Assembly: GCA_003557725.1 (NCBI GenBank)
Contig: PWNQ01000041.1
Location: 8,481-72,480, forward strand
Source: Bacteroidales bacterium
GTDB lineage: Bacteria > Bacteroidota > Bacteroidia > Bacteroidales > PWNQ01
Length of the DNA: 64,000 nt
Direction: 5' to 3'
Under the pieces are notes generated by a model, which worked only from the letters and a program-made list of their open reading frames with translations, did not search any database and was not told the origin of the DNA. Made by a program: the position numbers and the translations under genes. Positions 20,697 to 30,195 of this stretch are shown here, in pieces; the stretch's first letter is position 1; every line of letters starts with the position of its first letter.

Positions 20697-21131
20697 TCAG
20701 TTGGAGATGTATAAGTTGTTACCAGTATAATGGGTTCGGTAGGTTTTTAATCCGCGGGTGGCCGGCCCCTCAAAAACGGAACCATCCAGCAGCAGGTAAC
20801 GGGATAAACAGGTGGAGTCAATCATGGTAAGACCGTTATCCTCCACGACAACACGGGCATGCTGCTTGTGATGGTCGTAAGGACAGGCTCGCTCATATGC
20901 CCTGAAATCATCCTGTGACATACGATATACAATGATCCCCCGGTACCCACCGGTAATATAAATGTGGTTCCCGATAATGCTGAGATCTCCATATAACGTT
21001 GAGGACAGATCTAGGTTTATGCTCACATGTACATTGGGAACAGGATCCTGAAACTCCTTGTCACAGTGTGGAAGAAGCACGGCAAGAAGAATAATCGCCG
21101 GTTTAAAAAAATATTTGTATCTTTCAGCCAT
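20697..21131 (-). CDS. Rieske-fold-like lipoprotein
   Basis: Lipobox-like LPHC-DKE; GGYRGIIVYR, AYERACPY, DGSVFEGPATRGLKTY. Confidence 0.7.
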   Translation of the reverse strand: MAERYKYFFKPAIILLAVLLPHCDKEFQDPVPNVHVSINLDLSSTLYGDLSIIGNHIYITGGYRGIIVYRMSQDDFRAYERACPYDHHKQHARVVVEDNGLTMIDSTCLSRYLLLDGSVFEGPATRGLKTYRTHYTGNNLYISN

Positions 21132-21336
21132 GAAACCGATGGGTTTTTATGGAGTCTGCTTGTAAAGGAGTATGCTTATATGGCAACCCCTGATTACCTA
21201 TAGGGTACCTGGGTGAGCCGTTAATGTAAATAAGGCGTAATGAAATCATATTTCATTGGGTAAGCAAACACTAATTACTGAACGACACGGCGAAAATATT
21301 ATTTTAGCATAGCCGTTTAAAAGAAAATATATATTT

Positions 21337-21681
21337 ATGTTACGCATATTGTTAAAGTCCATGCTCCTGTTTATTATTTGCTTGCCACTGGTTACATACA
21401 CCGCTTGCAATGCCACACGGCAATCCAGTAGTGCCAGGGAGAAAACAGAGCAAAGACAAAGGGAGCAGGCCGAGAGGCAGAGGCAGGAGTATCAGGAGCG
21501 AAAAGAGAGACACCTGGAAATTCAAAGCGATGATTCCCGGGCACGAATGAAAGACATGCAGAAAAAATCGGAGCGGTATAACTATAATAAGAAGCGATTT
21601 TTTCTGGCCCGCTGGTGGGATCAGGTGGTCCATAAAATACGGATAAGGCAGGGAAGAAGGCCGCAAAGAGGACATTTATAG
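21337..21681 (+). CDS. Small basic coiled-coil lipoprotein, hypothetical
   Basis: Signal peptide with YTAC lipobox; R/E/Q-rich helix; 18 bp upstream of the sensor kinase. Confidence 0.6.
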   Translation: MLRILLKSMLLFIICLPLVTYTACNATRQSSSAREKTEQRQREQAERQRQEYQERKERHLEIQSDDSRARMKDMQKKSERYNYNKKRFFLARWWDQVVHKIRIRQGRRPQRGHL

Positions 21682-21699
21682 AGGTTTAAACAAAATAAT

Positions 21700-24600
21700 A
21701 TGAGCAGATTCCTGCTGCTTACGTTTTATTTGGTGTATGCTTTTACACCATGGCTTCATGCACAGGAGGGGCCGGTATACTCACAACACTACGCTACGGA
21801 AGTGGTTAAGAGTGAGCAAGGCCTTTCTCAAAACTCCGTGAGAAGCATTTTTCAGGATTCCAGAGGGCTTATGTGGTTTGGCACCTGGGACGGGCTGAAC
21901 CGGTTTAACGGACTTTCATTTCATATTATCCGTTCAGACTTCTGGGGAGAACCGGGACATTTATCCAATCATACTATTAATGTAATCTATGAAGATCACC
22001 ATAATTATTTGTGGATTGGAACGGATTATGGTCTGAATCGACTTGACCCAAAGACCATGGCGTTTAAGGCCTATTTTCATGAGCCAGGCAACCCTGAAAG
22101 CCTTCCCAGTGACACAATAAAAGCCATTGCCAGCGACCGGCAGGGTAATCTGTGGATTGGAACACAGCAGGGACTGGTTAAGCTTGTAGATGAGACGGGA
22201 AAATTCCTGCGGGTCGTTCCCGGTGAGGGAAATGATGCTCGCTCTGCCCAGGTGAGAACACTGTTCTCAGACTCCCGTGGCAGGCTATGGATAGGTACCG
22301 CTAAAGGACTGTTTTTGAAGGAAAAGAATAACCATGGCATTGGTCGTATTACAGACCCTCACAGCAATGAATGCCCTTTGATATCACCGGGAATTAACGT
22401 GGTGAGGCAAGTGGGAAGTCAGTTGATTATGGTGGGAACGGAAGAAGGTATATCCATTTTAGATTTTCAAGGGGCCTGCCAGGGGCATATTACTCCTCAA
22501 AACTCAAAAGGACAGCTTAAAGACCCATATATCATGGACCTTTGCCCCGACCAGAGTGGCAAGGTGTGGATTGCTACCTCCGGTGGAGGAATATCCTTTT
22601 ATTATCCCCAGACAGGTAAGGTGCGAAGCCTGGACCAGGTTCCCGGGTATGCCGCCGTTAATGAAGCTTTTGTCAATAGAATATATGAAGATGAGCAAGG
22701 GATTATTTGGATTGGATATGCCTGGAAAGGTCTGGCGAAAGTGGTACCCGCACGAAAGTTCTTTAATCGTTATTCTAAAGGCGAACTGCCGGGAGAAGGA
22801 CTGGTCGGAAGCTCCGTTTGGGCTGTAAATGAGGTGGCACCCAATACATTCTATGTGGCAACAGACAGAGGAATTAGTGTGCTGGAAAGCGGAAAAGGGA
22901 TAGTTAACAACCTTACTACATATGACGGTTTGAGCACTAATCATATACGAAGCTTATTGAAGTGCAGGAATGATGCAATATGGGTGGGAACCAATGACAG
23001 AGGACTGATCCGGATTAGCCGGGAAAAGGGAGATACTACACTGGAATTCTTTGGAAATAAAGCTAATGGAAGGTATAAAGAGTTGTATAATAACGTTATC
23101 ACCGGATTGCTTCAGGATGGACCTGGCTACATATGGGCTGCTACCAATTATGGTCTTTACCGATTTCATCCCGACAGTATGAGTGAATCGTTTACGGCTT
23201 TCCTGCATGAACCCAATAATACGGCTTCTATCAGCCATAATATGGTATATAGCGTTTTTGAAGATGACAGAAATACCATCTGGCTGGGAACCTATAACGG
23301 ACTCAATAAATACAATAGAGAAACGGGGGTGTTTACAGCCTATAAACATATTACCGGGGATCCTAATAGTATATCAACCAATAGGATATTTGGAATCAGC
23401 CAGGATGAAAGCGGCACCCTGTGGGTGGGAACCATGGGAGGAGGCCTTAATAAAATGGATCCCATAACAGAAAAATTCAGCCACTATGTGCATACCCACG
23501 GGCTTGCCAATAACGTGGTCTATAATATTATCCCCGATGAAATGGGGTACTTGTGGCTCAGTACCAACAGGGGACTTTCCAGATTCTCCCCGGGAAATGA
23601 GCAGTTTGTAAACTTCGATGTTAATGATGGCATCCAGGGATATGAGTTTAACCTGGGAGCAGCATTTAAAAGCAGCGATGAAAAGATCTTTTTCGGGGGA
23701 ATGAACGGACTGAACTCCTTTTATGCGCTGGAAGTAAAAAGAAACCAGTACATCCCCAAGCTGGTGATCACCAATGTAAGTGTTTATAATCAAAAACTCA
23801 ATAAAACGCTGGAGGATGGGGATACCATTATTTTGTCTCATAAAGATAATTTTATATCATTGGAATTTGCTGCTTTGGATTATACCAACCCGGTGAAAAA
23901 CCAGTATAAATACCGGTTAAAGAATGTTTCCCGTCAATGGATCCATGTCTCACCGCCAAAAAATACGGCAGAGTTTACCAAGTTGCCTCCCGGGGAATAT
24001 GAGTTTTTTTTAAAAGGCAGCAATAGTGACGGAATATGGAATGAACAGGGCATGCGGGTGTATATCATTATCGAGCCGGCCTGGCACCAGACCAGACTTT
24101 TTCGGTTTGGCAGTGCAACATTGATCCTATTGCTGGTGCTTTTTGCTGTTGCCTGGAGGATCGGACAAATCAGAAAAGAACAGCAAGCCGAAAGGCAAAT
24201 CTTTGAGCTGGAGAGAAAAGCGCTAAGGCTTCAAATGAACCCCCATTTTATTTTTAATACCCTGAACTCCATCCAAAGCTTTGTTTTGAAACGAGAAAAG
24301 AAAGCCGCCGTATCTTATCTGAATAAGTTTTCCAAAATGATACGGCAGGTATTATATAACTCTGATAAAAGCTTTGTGCTGTTATCCGACGAGATGGTAT
24401 TGCTGAAGAATTATATAGAGCTGGAGAGGCTACGCTTTGATTCAGGATTCGATTATGAATTTTATGTGGACCCCGGTGTGGATGATGACTTTATATCTAT
24501 TCCACCCATGCTTATTCAACCGCATGTGGAAAATGCCATCCTTCATGGGCTTATCCCCCTAAGGGACAAAGGTGGCGTGCTCACCGTTTCTTTTTTGCAA

Positions 24601-24849
24601 AATAGCCGGCAAACCATTAAATGCGTGGTGGATGACAATGGCATCGGAAGAGAAGCGGCAGGGAAAATAAAAAAACAATCCAAAAACAAATACCGGTCAA
24701 GGGGTATTAGTATCACCAGGGAACGCCTAAACAGAATTAATGAGATGTACAACCATGAGTTGTCGGTGGACATAGAGGATAAATACCATAGGGACGGCAC
24801 CCCGGCCGGCACAAAAGTGACGCTGATCATACCGGTGAAAAATGAATAA
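21700..24849 (+). CDS. LytS-type sensor histidine kinase with periplasmic beta-propeller (Reg_prop) and Y_Y_Y domains
   Basis: Repeated QDxxGxxWxGT motifs, YKYRL, a TM helix, QMNPHFIFNTLNSI, ENAILHG, DDNGIG. Confidence 0.92.
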   Translation: MSRFLLLTFYLVYAFTPWLHAQEGPVYSQHYATEVVKSEQGLSQNSVRSIFQDSRGLMWFGTWDGLNRFNGLSFHIIRSDFWGEPGHLSNHTINVIYEDHHNYLWIGTDYGLNRLDPKTMAFKAYFHEPGNPESLPSDTIKAIASDRQGNLWIGTQQGLVKLVDETGKFLRVVPGEGNDARSAQVRTLFSDSRGRLWIGTAKGLFLKEKNNHGIGRITDPHSNECPLISPGINVVRQVGSQLIMVGTEEGISILDFQGACQGHITPQNSKGQLKDPYIMDLCPDQSGKVWIATSGGGISFYYPQTGKVRSLDQVPGYAAVNEAFVNRIYEDEQGIIWIGYAWKGLAKVVPARKFFNRYSKGELPGEGLVGSSVWAVNEVAPNTFYVATDRGISVLESGKGIVNNLTTYDGLSTNHIRSLLKCRNDAIWVGTNDRGLIRISREKGDTTLEFFGNKANGRYKELYNNVITGLLQDGPGYIWAATNYGLYRFHPDSMSESFTAFLHEPNNTASISHNMVYSVFEDDRNTIWLGTYNGLNKYNRETGVFTAYKHITGDPNSISTNRIFGISQDESGTLWVGTMGGGLNKMDPITEKFSHYVHTHGLANNVVYNIIPDEMGYLWLSTNRGLSRFSPGNEQFVNFDVNDGIQGYEFNLGAAFKSSDEKIFFGGMNGLNSFYALEVKRNQYIPKLVITNVSVYNQKLNKTLEDGDTIILSHKDNFISLEFAALDYTNPVKNQYKYRLKNVSRQWIHVSPPKNTAEFTKLPPGEYEFFLKGSNSDGIWNEQGMRVYIIIEPAWHQTRLFRFGSATLILLLVLFAVAWRIGQIRKEQQAERQIFELERKALRLQMNPHFIFNTLNSIQSFVLKREKKAAVSYLNKFSKMIRQVLYNSDKSFVLLSDEMVLLKNYIELERLRFDSGFDYEFYVDPGVDDDFISIPPMLIQPHVENAILHGLIPLRDKGGVLTVSFLQNSRQTIKCVVDDNGIGREAAGKIKKQSKNKYRSRGISITRERLNRINEMYNHELSVDIEDKYHRDGTPAGTKVTLIIPVKNE

Positions 24850-24868
24850 TCCATAAACCTGGAAACAA

Positions 24869-25618
24869 ATGATAATTAATGCTGTAATTATTGATGATGA
24901 AAAGCACTCCCGGGCCACTTTGCAAGACATGATCCAGGAGTATTGCCCTGAAGTTCACATCGCCGGAATGGCTGATGGTTGTGAATCAGGAGTAGAGATC
25001 ATTGAAAAATGTAAACCCGGACTGGTGTTTCTGGATATCCAGATGCCTGATGGAAGCGGTTTTCGTGTGCTGGAGCAAACCAAAGAGAGAAACTTTGAGG
25101 TGATCTTTACCACTGCATACGACTCCTTTGCCATTAAAGCATTTAAATATAGTGCGCTGGATTACTTGCTAAAGCCAATTGACGGAATAGAACTGCAGAA
25201 TGCCGTGGAAAAAGCCGTGCAAAGAAAAACCAACTCCTCAGGAGCCGCCGTGGAAATGCTACTGGAAAACCTCAAACGGAAAGAAAAACCCGGAAAGATC
25301 GTGCTGTCCACCTTTAAAGGCCTGCACGTAGTGGAAATCAGTCAGATTGTCCGGTGTAAAAGTGAAGATTATTATACCCGGTTCTTCTTTAAAGATAAAA
25401 CAGAACTGCTTGTATCCAAAACACTTAAAGAGTACGAAAGCATCCTGGAAGATCATCAATTTATCAGACCACATAAATCACACCTTATTAATATAGAGTT
25501 TGTAAAAAACTATATGAAATCTGACGGAGGGTATATCCTGCTTGCCGATGGTTCCAGAATACCTGTGGCCCGTAGAAAAAAGGACGGGATAGTTAAGTTG
25601 CTTAAAGAGCTTGAGTAA
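24869..25618 (+). CDS. LytTR-family response regulator
   Basis: IIDDE, FLDIQMP, FTTAY, YLLKP receiver motifs; FIRPHKSHLIN LytTR domain. Confidence 0.94.
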   Translation: MIINAVIIDDEKHSRATLQDMIQEYCPEVHIAGMADGCESGVEIIEKCKPGLVFLDIQMPDGSGFRVLEQTKERNFEVIFTTAYDSFAIKAFKYSALDYLLKPIDGIELQNAVEKAVQRKTNSSGAAVEMLLENLKRKEKPGKIVLSTFKGLHVVEISQIVRCKSEDYYTRFFFKDKTELLVSKTLKEYESILEDHQFIRPHKSHLINIEFVKNYMKSDGGYILLADGSRIPVARRKKDGIVKLLKELE

Positions 25619-25645
25619 CAAGGTGGCGGTTGCTGCTCCCAACGA

Positions 25646-25743
25646 TAAAGGGTGAATCCGCTGAAAATCAGATGCAAATAAGGGTCCGGGGCAAAGTTTA
25701 TCTTCAGTAGATGTGAAAAATCTGTGCCTTTAGACCGGACTCA
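25646..25743. repeat. Decayed right-half copy of the MITE-like element
   Basis: TAAAGGGTGAATCCGCTGAAAATCAG...GGGGCAAAG...ATGTGAAAAAT...TTTAGACCGGACTCA is collinear with 12412-12508. Confidence 0.85.
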
Positions 25744-25849
25744 AGAGTAATAAGGTCAGTATGGAAGAGGACCATTTAATAAACCCGGGGTGTTTTTTCT
25801 CAAATACTCTGGATAGATTTATATCTTTGCCGGGTGTTTTTTCAAATAG

Positions 25850-25881
25850 ACCGTTAACTGATTGAAAAGGCCCGTTAACTG
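25850..25881 (+). promoter_or_regulatory. Putative LytTR binding site (direct repeat)
   Basis: CCGTTAACTG at 25851 and 25872 (21-bp period), about 230 bp downstream of the LytTR gene. Confidence 0.55.
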
Positions 25882-25957
25882 GATTTAATACCATTTAACG
25901 GGAAGTTCGTTGTATTTTTACACCAAAATTCAGGCGTTGTTATGCGCCATCATGCTT

Positions 25958-26437
25958 ATGGAAGATCTGCTACTGTTACTTTTGGGGTTAGTCTGGCTGG
26001 GAGCGAGTTACTACCAGTCGCAAAGGAAAAAGAAGGCCGAAGAAGAGCGCCGGAGCGCCGCTGTGACCAAATCCGGTGATCATAATGAAATGGATGATGA
26101 GGAGCCTTCAGGAAAAGAGTCTTTTCTGGATAAAATGATGGAAACCATTGATCAGGAAGGGTCAGGACTGCTTCAGGACCTGGAAAAGCAGGCAAGTAAC
26201 CAGTTCTCCAGCGGGGAAATAGATGACAAGAATGGGGAGATAGCAGAGAATGAAGAGGTGGGAAGTAATAGCCAGGCAGAAGAGAGCGAAGAATCATTAA
26301 CGGCTTCGGCAGGGTTAACCAATTTATCCCGGAGGAAAAAACAAGTCAAAAATCAACAATGGGCAAGAAATCTGGTGCGGGATTTTGACGGTAAAAAGGC
26401 CGTTATTTATTCTGAGATCCTCAACAGGCCTTACTAA
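25958..26437 (+). CDS. Hypothetical membrane-anchored acidic protein
   Basis: N-terminal TM helix, acidic linker, C-terminal KAVIYSEILNRPY; start 25952 or 25958. Confidence 0.75.
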   Translation: MEDLLLLLLGLVWLGASYYQSQRKKKAEEERRSAAVTKSGDHNEMDDEEPSGKESFLDKMMETIDQEGSGLLQDLEKQASNQFSSGEIDDKNGEIAENEEVGSNSQAEESEESLTASAGLTNLSRRKKQVKNQQWARNLVRDFDGKKAVIYSEILNRPY

Positions 26438-26533
26438 TATAAAAAAATGCATTTTTGATTCCCGGCTGTTAAATCTTTTATATTTTTACAGCCCCTAAAA
26501 AGCACATAAAAAAAACAACATAAAATTACAGGT

Positions 26534-29500
26534 ATGTTTCGAAAGTTAATGACAGTAGTTGTCCTGTTATTCGCCACATTTTATTGGGCGTATGGACAAT
26601 CAGGAGCCTTAAGAGGTAAAGTAATCGATGCCGAAACAGGAGAACCGGTACCTTTTGCCAACGTAGTAGTTGAGGCAGGAGGAAGTCAGGCCGGTGGAGC
26701 CACTTCAGACTATGATGGGAACTATACCATCAGGCCCCTTTCTCCGGGAAGGTACGATGTGAAAGCGTCTTACGTAGGATATAAGCCGTTGATGATACGT
26801 GGTGTGATCATTAATGCCGACCAGGTGCGCTTTATGGATATAGAAATGGAGCCCACCGCGGAAACCCTGGAAACCTTTGAAGTGAGGGACTACAGGGTGC
26901 CCCTTATTGATAAAGACCAGACTACCACCGGAGAAACCGTAACACGGGAAGACATTGCCAAGCTGCCCGGACGGTCTGCCACTGCTGTGGCCGCTACTGT
27001 GGGGGGTGTGTTCTCACAGGATGGAGAAATGGGAAGCATCCGGGGAGCACGGTCTGAAGGAACGGTAATGTATATCGATGGAGTAAGGGTTAGAGGAACT
27101 TCATCCGTACCACAGTCGGCCCTGGAGCAAGTCTCTGTTATTACCGGAGGAACCCCGGCACAATACGGCGATGCAACCGGGGGGATCGTTAACATTACCA
27201 CCAGAGGCCCTTCCCGGCAATTCGGAGGTGGAGGAGAACTGATTACCTCTCAATTCCTGGATAACTGGGGCTATAATATGCTCGGATTTAATGTCCAGGG
27301 CCCGATCCTCAGAGATAAAGAAACCGAAAGATCATTGCTGGGCTTTATGCTTACCGGTGAGGTGAGCTACCAGGAAGACCCCAGACCGTTTGCCGTACCT
27401 TACCACCAGGCCACGGATGAAAGAATTGAGTACCTGGAAAACAACCCCTTCCGGCCTACGGGCACAGGGTTTGGCGCTTTTTACAATGCCACTTATACCC
27501 GTATGGAAGACCTGGAAGCCACCAGAACAAAACAATATGCTGAAAATTACTCCATCAACCTCAACGCCAAAGTTGACGTGGGACTGGATTTAAACACCAA
27601 CCTTACATTTGGCGGGTCTATGCACCACCGGGGCGGATATAACTGGAGTATGGCCAATGCCATGTTCAACGCCGGAAATAACGGAGTGTATGAAGATAAT
27701 ACCTACAGATTCTATGGCCGCTTTACCCAAAGATTCCCCACCGACCGCGACAGCCCTTCGCTGATACGCGATGTGAACTATACCATTCAGGCCGACTTCT
27801 CCCATTATGACCGCGTATTACAGGACCGTGACCACCAGGATAACTTGTTCAACTACGGATATATTGGAGATTATAAAACCTATAAAGTGAATTCCTTCGA
27901 GCGGGGCGATGACACTATCCTGGGATTCTCCGACGTATGGATACATAATGGATTTAGAGATACCCTGGTAACTTTTACCCCCGGAGATGTTAATGAGCAA
28001 ATAGCTGCTTATACATCTGATTATTACAACCTCTACGACCTGCACTCCGGAATGTACTCCAATAAAGTGCTGATCCAGCAGGGACAAGGCCTCCTTAACG
28101 GAATGAACCCCCAGTCGGTGTATGGGCTCTATACCAATGTGGGATCCCCATACGGGTCTTATCAGAAAATCCAAAACCAGCAATACAGTATTAATGCCAG
28201 TGGCTCGGCAGGCATCGGGAACCATGAGATTCGTTTTGGCCTTTTGTACGAGCAGCGCATTGACCGGGCCATTACTTATAACGCAACCGGCTTGTGGAGG
28301 TTGATGCAGCAGGTGACCAACCGGCATATCGAACAGTTGGACCTGAATAACCCCATCGCTGTGTATGACGCCTATGGCGTTTTCCAGGATACGGTAATGT
28401 ACAACCGCTTGTATGATGAGGGATTCCAGACGGCTTTTGATGCTGCAGTTAGAGAAAAACTGGGACTGCCGGTGGACGGACTGGACTGGATTGACGTGGA
28501 CAACCTGGACCCCTCATTCTACTCCATAGATATGTTCAGCGCCGATGAGTTGCTGAATGCCGGAGACCAGTACGTAAACTACTATGGGTACGACCACACC
28601 GGAGAGACCTATGGAACCCGACCCAGCTTTGAAGAGTTTTTTACAGCCACTGATGAGAACGGAAACTTTACCAGACCCATCGCCCCTTTTGAACCCATTT
28701 ATATGGCCGGATATATCCAGGATCGCTTTACTTTTGATGACCTGGTATTTAATATAGGAATAAGGGTGGACCGCTATGACGCCAACCAGAAAGTGCTCAA
28801 AGACCCATTCCTCCTGTATGAAGCAAGAACCGTTGGCGAAGTGGATGACCTGGGACCACACCCGGGGAACATGGGCGATGATTATGTGGTGTATGTGGAT
28901 GACTACAACAACCCTAACGCTATTCTGGGATATCGTAGCGGAATGGAATGGTTTGATGCACAGGGCACTTCAGTGCAGAACCCTTCTTCTATTGAAGCCG
29001 GAACAGGAATTAACCCCTATCTGGTTAACCCCGATCAAACCGCAATCAATGCCAGTGCATTCGAAGATTATGATCCTCAGGTAACGGTAATGCCCAGAAT
29101 CTCATTTTCTTTCCCAATATCCAGAGAGGCTCTGTTCTTTGCTCATTATGATGTACTTACCAAGCGACCCACCTCAGGGGCACGACTGGATATCCTGGAC
29201 TACTACTTTATTGAAAGCCGGGGGCAAAGCACCCTTAACAACCCTAACCTGAAGCCGGAAAGAACCACCGATTACGAGGTAGGATTCCAGCAAGTTCTGG
29301 GGCCCACTTCTTCTCTTAAGCTTTCTGCCTATTACCGGGAGATGAGAGATATGGTTCAGGCCTTCCCATTTACCGGAGCTTATCCTGTTCCTTATATTTC
29401 TTACAGCAACATGGACTTTGGTACCGTTAAAGGACTAACGGTTGCTTATGACCTGCGAAGAACGCGCAACATGCGCCTGAGAGCAAACTATACACTGCAG

Positions 29501-30163
29501 TTTGCTGATGGAACCGGCTCTTCTGCCACCACTTCCCTCTCACTGATTCGCGCGGGACAGCCCAACCTTAGAACCACCAACCCGCTGAGTTTTGACCGTC
29601 GTCATGCCGTCAACGTGGTGGCCGATTATCGATTCAGAGGAGGAACCGATTATGACGGTCCATCCATTAGCAGAACCGTTGTGGATGACGATGGAGAACG
29701 CAGAGTAAGAACATACCGAATCCTGGAAAATACGGGAATAAACCTCACCATGAGAGGCGGGTCAGGAACACCTTATACAGCCCACTCTCAAATTTATTCT
29801 GCCGTACTGGGTGGCGGAGCTCAATTGATCGATGGATCTATAGGCGGTTCCAGACTCCCGTGGTCATTCTCTATGGATGCACGCATTGACAGGGATATCC
29901 AACTGGGCGAAGAGGGAAGAACCCACCTGAATATCTACCTTACTGTTCTTAATGTGCTGGACAATAAAAATGTACTCAACGTATACAGCGCTACCGGAAG
30001 CCCCGATGATGATGGATTCCTTGCAGCTCCTGAATTTCAGCAACAAATTGCATCTCAAAACGACCCACAGGCCTTTTATGACCTGTACACAACGCGCATT
30101 CAAAGCCCGTATAACTACAGCCTGCCCAGAAGGATCAGACTGGGTGTAGCGTTCAATTTTTAA
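26534..30163 (+). CDS. TonB-dependent receptor with N-terminal carboxypeptidase-regulatory-like domain
   Basis: GKVIDAETGEPVPFANV, plug motifs IRGARS/YIDGV/PAQYGDATGG, NPNLKPE, C-terminal PRRIRLGVAFNF. Confidence 0.92.
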   Translation: MFRKLMTVVVLLFATFYWAYGQSGALRGKVIDAETGEPVPFANVVVEAGGSQAGGATSDYDGNYTIRPLSPGRYDVKASYVGYKPLMIRGVIINADQVRFMDIEMEPTAETLETFEVRDYRVPLIDKDQTTTGETVTREDIAKLPGRSATAVAATVGGVFSQDGEMGSIRGARSEGTVMYIDGVRVRGTSSVPQSALEQVSVITGGTPAQYGDATGGIVNITTRGPSRQFGGGGELITSQFLDNWGYNMLGFNVQGPILRDKETERSLLGFMLTGEVSYQEDPRPFAVPYHQATDERIEYLENNPFRPTGTGFGAFYNATYTRMEDLEATRTKQYAENYSINLNAKVDVGLDLNTNLTFGGSMHHRGGYNWSMANAMFNAGNNGVYEDNTYRFYGRFTQRFPTDRDSPSLIRDVNYTIQADFSHYDRVLQDRDHQDNLFNYGYIGDYKTYKVNSFERGDDTILGFSDVWIHNGFRDTLVTFTPGDVNEQIAAYTSDYYNLYDLHSGMYSNKVLIQQGQGLLNGMNPQSVYGLYTNVGSPYGSYQKIQNQQYSINASGSAGIGNHEIRFGLLYEQRIDRAITYNATGLWRLMQQVTNRHIEQLDLNNPIAVYDAYGVFQDTVMYNRLYDEGFQTAFDAAVREKLGLPVDGLDWIDVDNLDPSFYSIDMFSADELLNAGDQYVNYYGYDHTGETYGTRPSFEEFFTATDENGNFTRPIAPFEPIYMAGYIQDRFTFDDLVFNIGIRVDRYDANQKVLKDPFLLYEARTVGEVDDLGPHPGNMGDDYVVYVDDYNNPNAILGYRSGMEWFDAQGTSVQNPSSIEAGTGINPYLVNPDQTAINASAFEDYDPQVTVMPRISFSFPISREALFFAHYDVLTKRPTSGARLDILDYYFIESRGQSTLNNPNLKPERTTDYEVGFQQVLGPTSSLKLSAYYREMRDMVQAFPFTGAYPVPYISYSNMDFGTVKGLTVAYDLRRTRNMRLRANYTLQFADGTGSSATTSLSLIRAGQPNLRTTNPLSFDRRHAVNVVADYRFRGGTDYDGPSISRTVVDDDGERRVRTYRILENTGINLTMRGGSGTPYTAHSQIYSAVLGGGAQLIDGSIGGSRLPWSFSMDARIDRDIQLGEEGRTHLNIYLTVLNVLDNKNVLNVYSATGSPDDDGFLAAPEFQQQIASQNDPQAFYDLYTTRIQSPYNYSLPRRIRLGVAFNF

Positions 30164-30195
30164 ACCAAGTTAATAACATAAAACGCCATAAAGAT

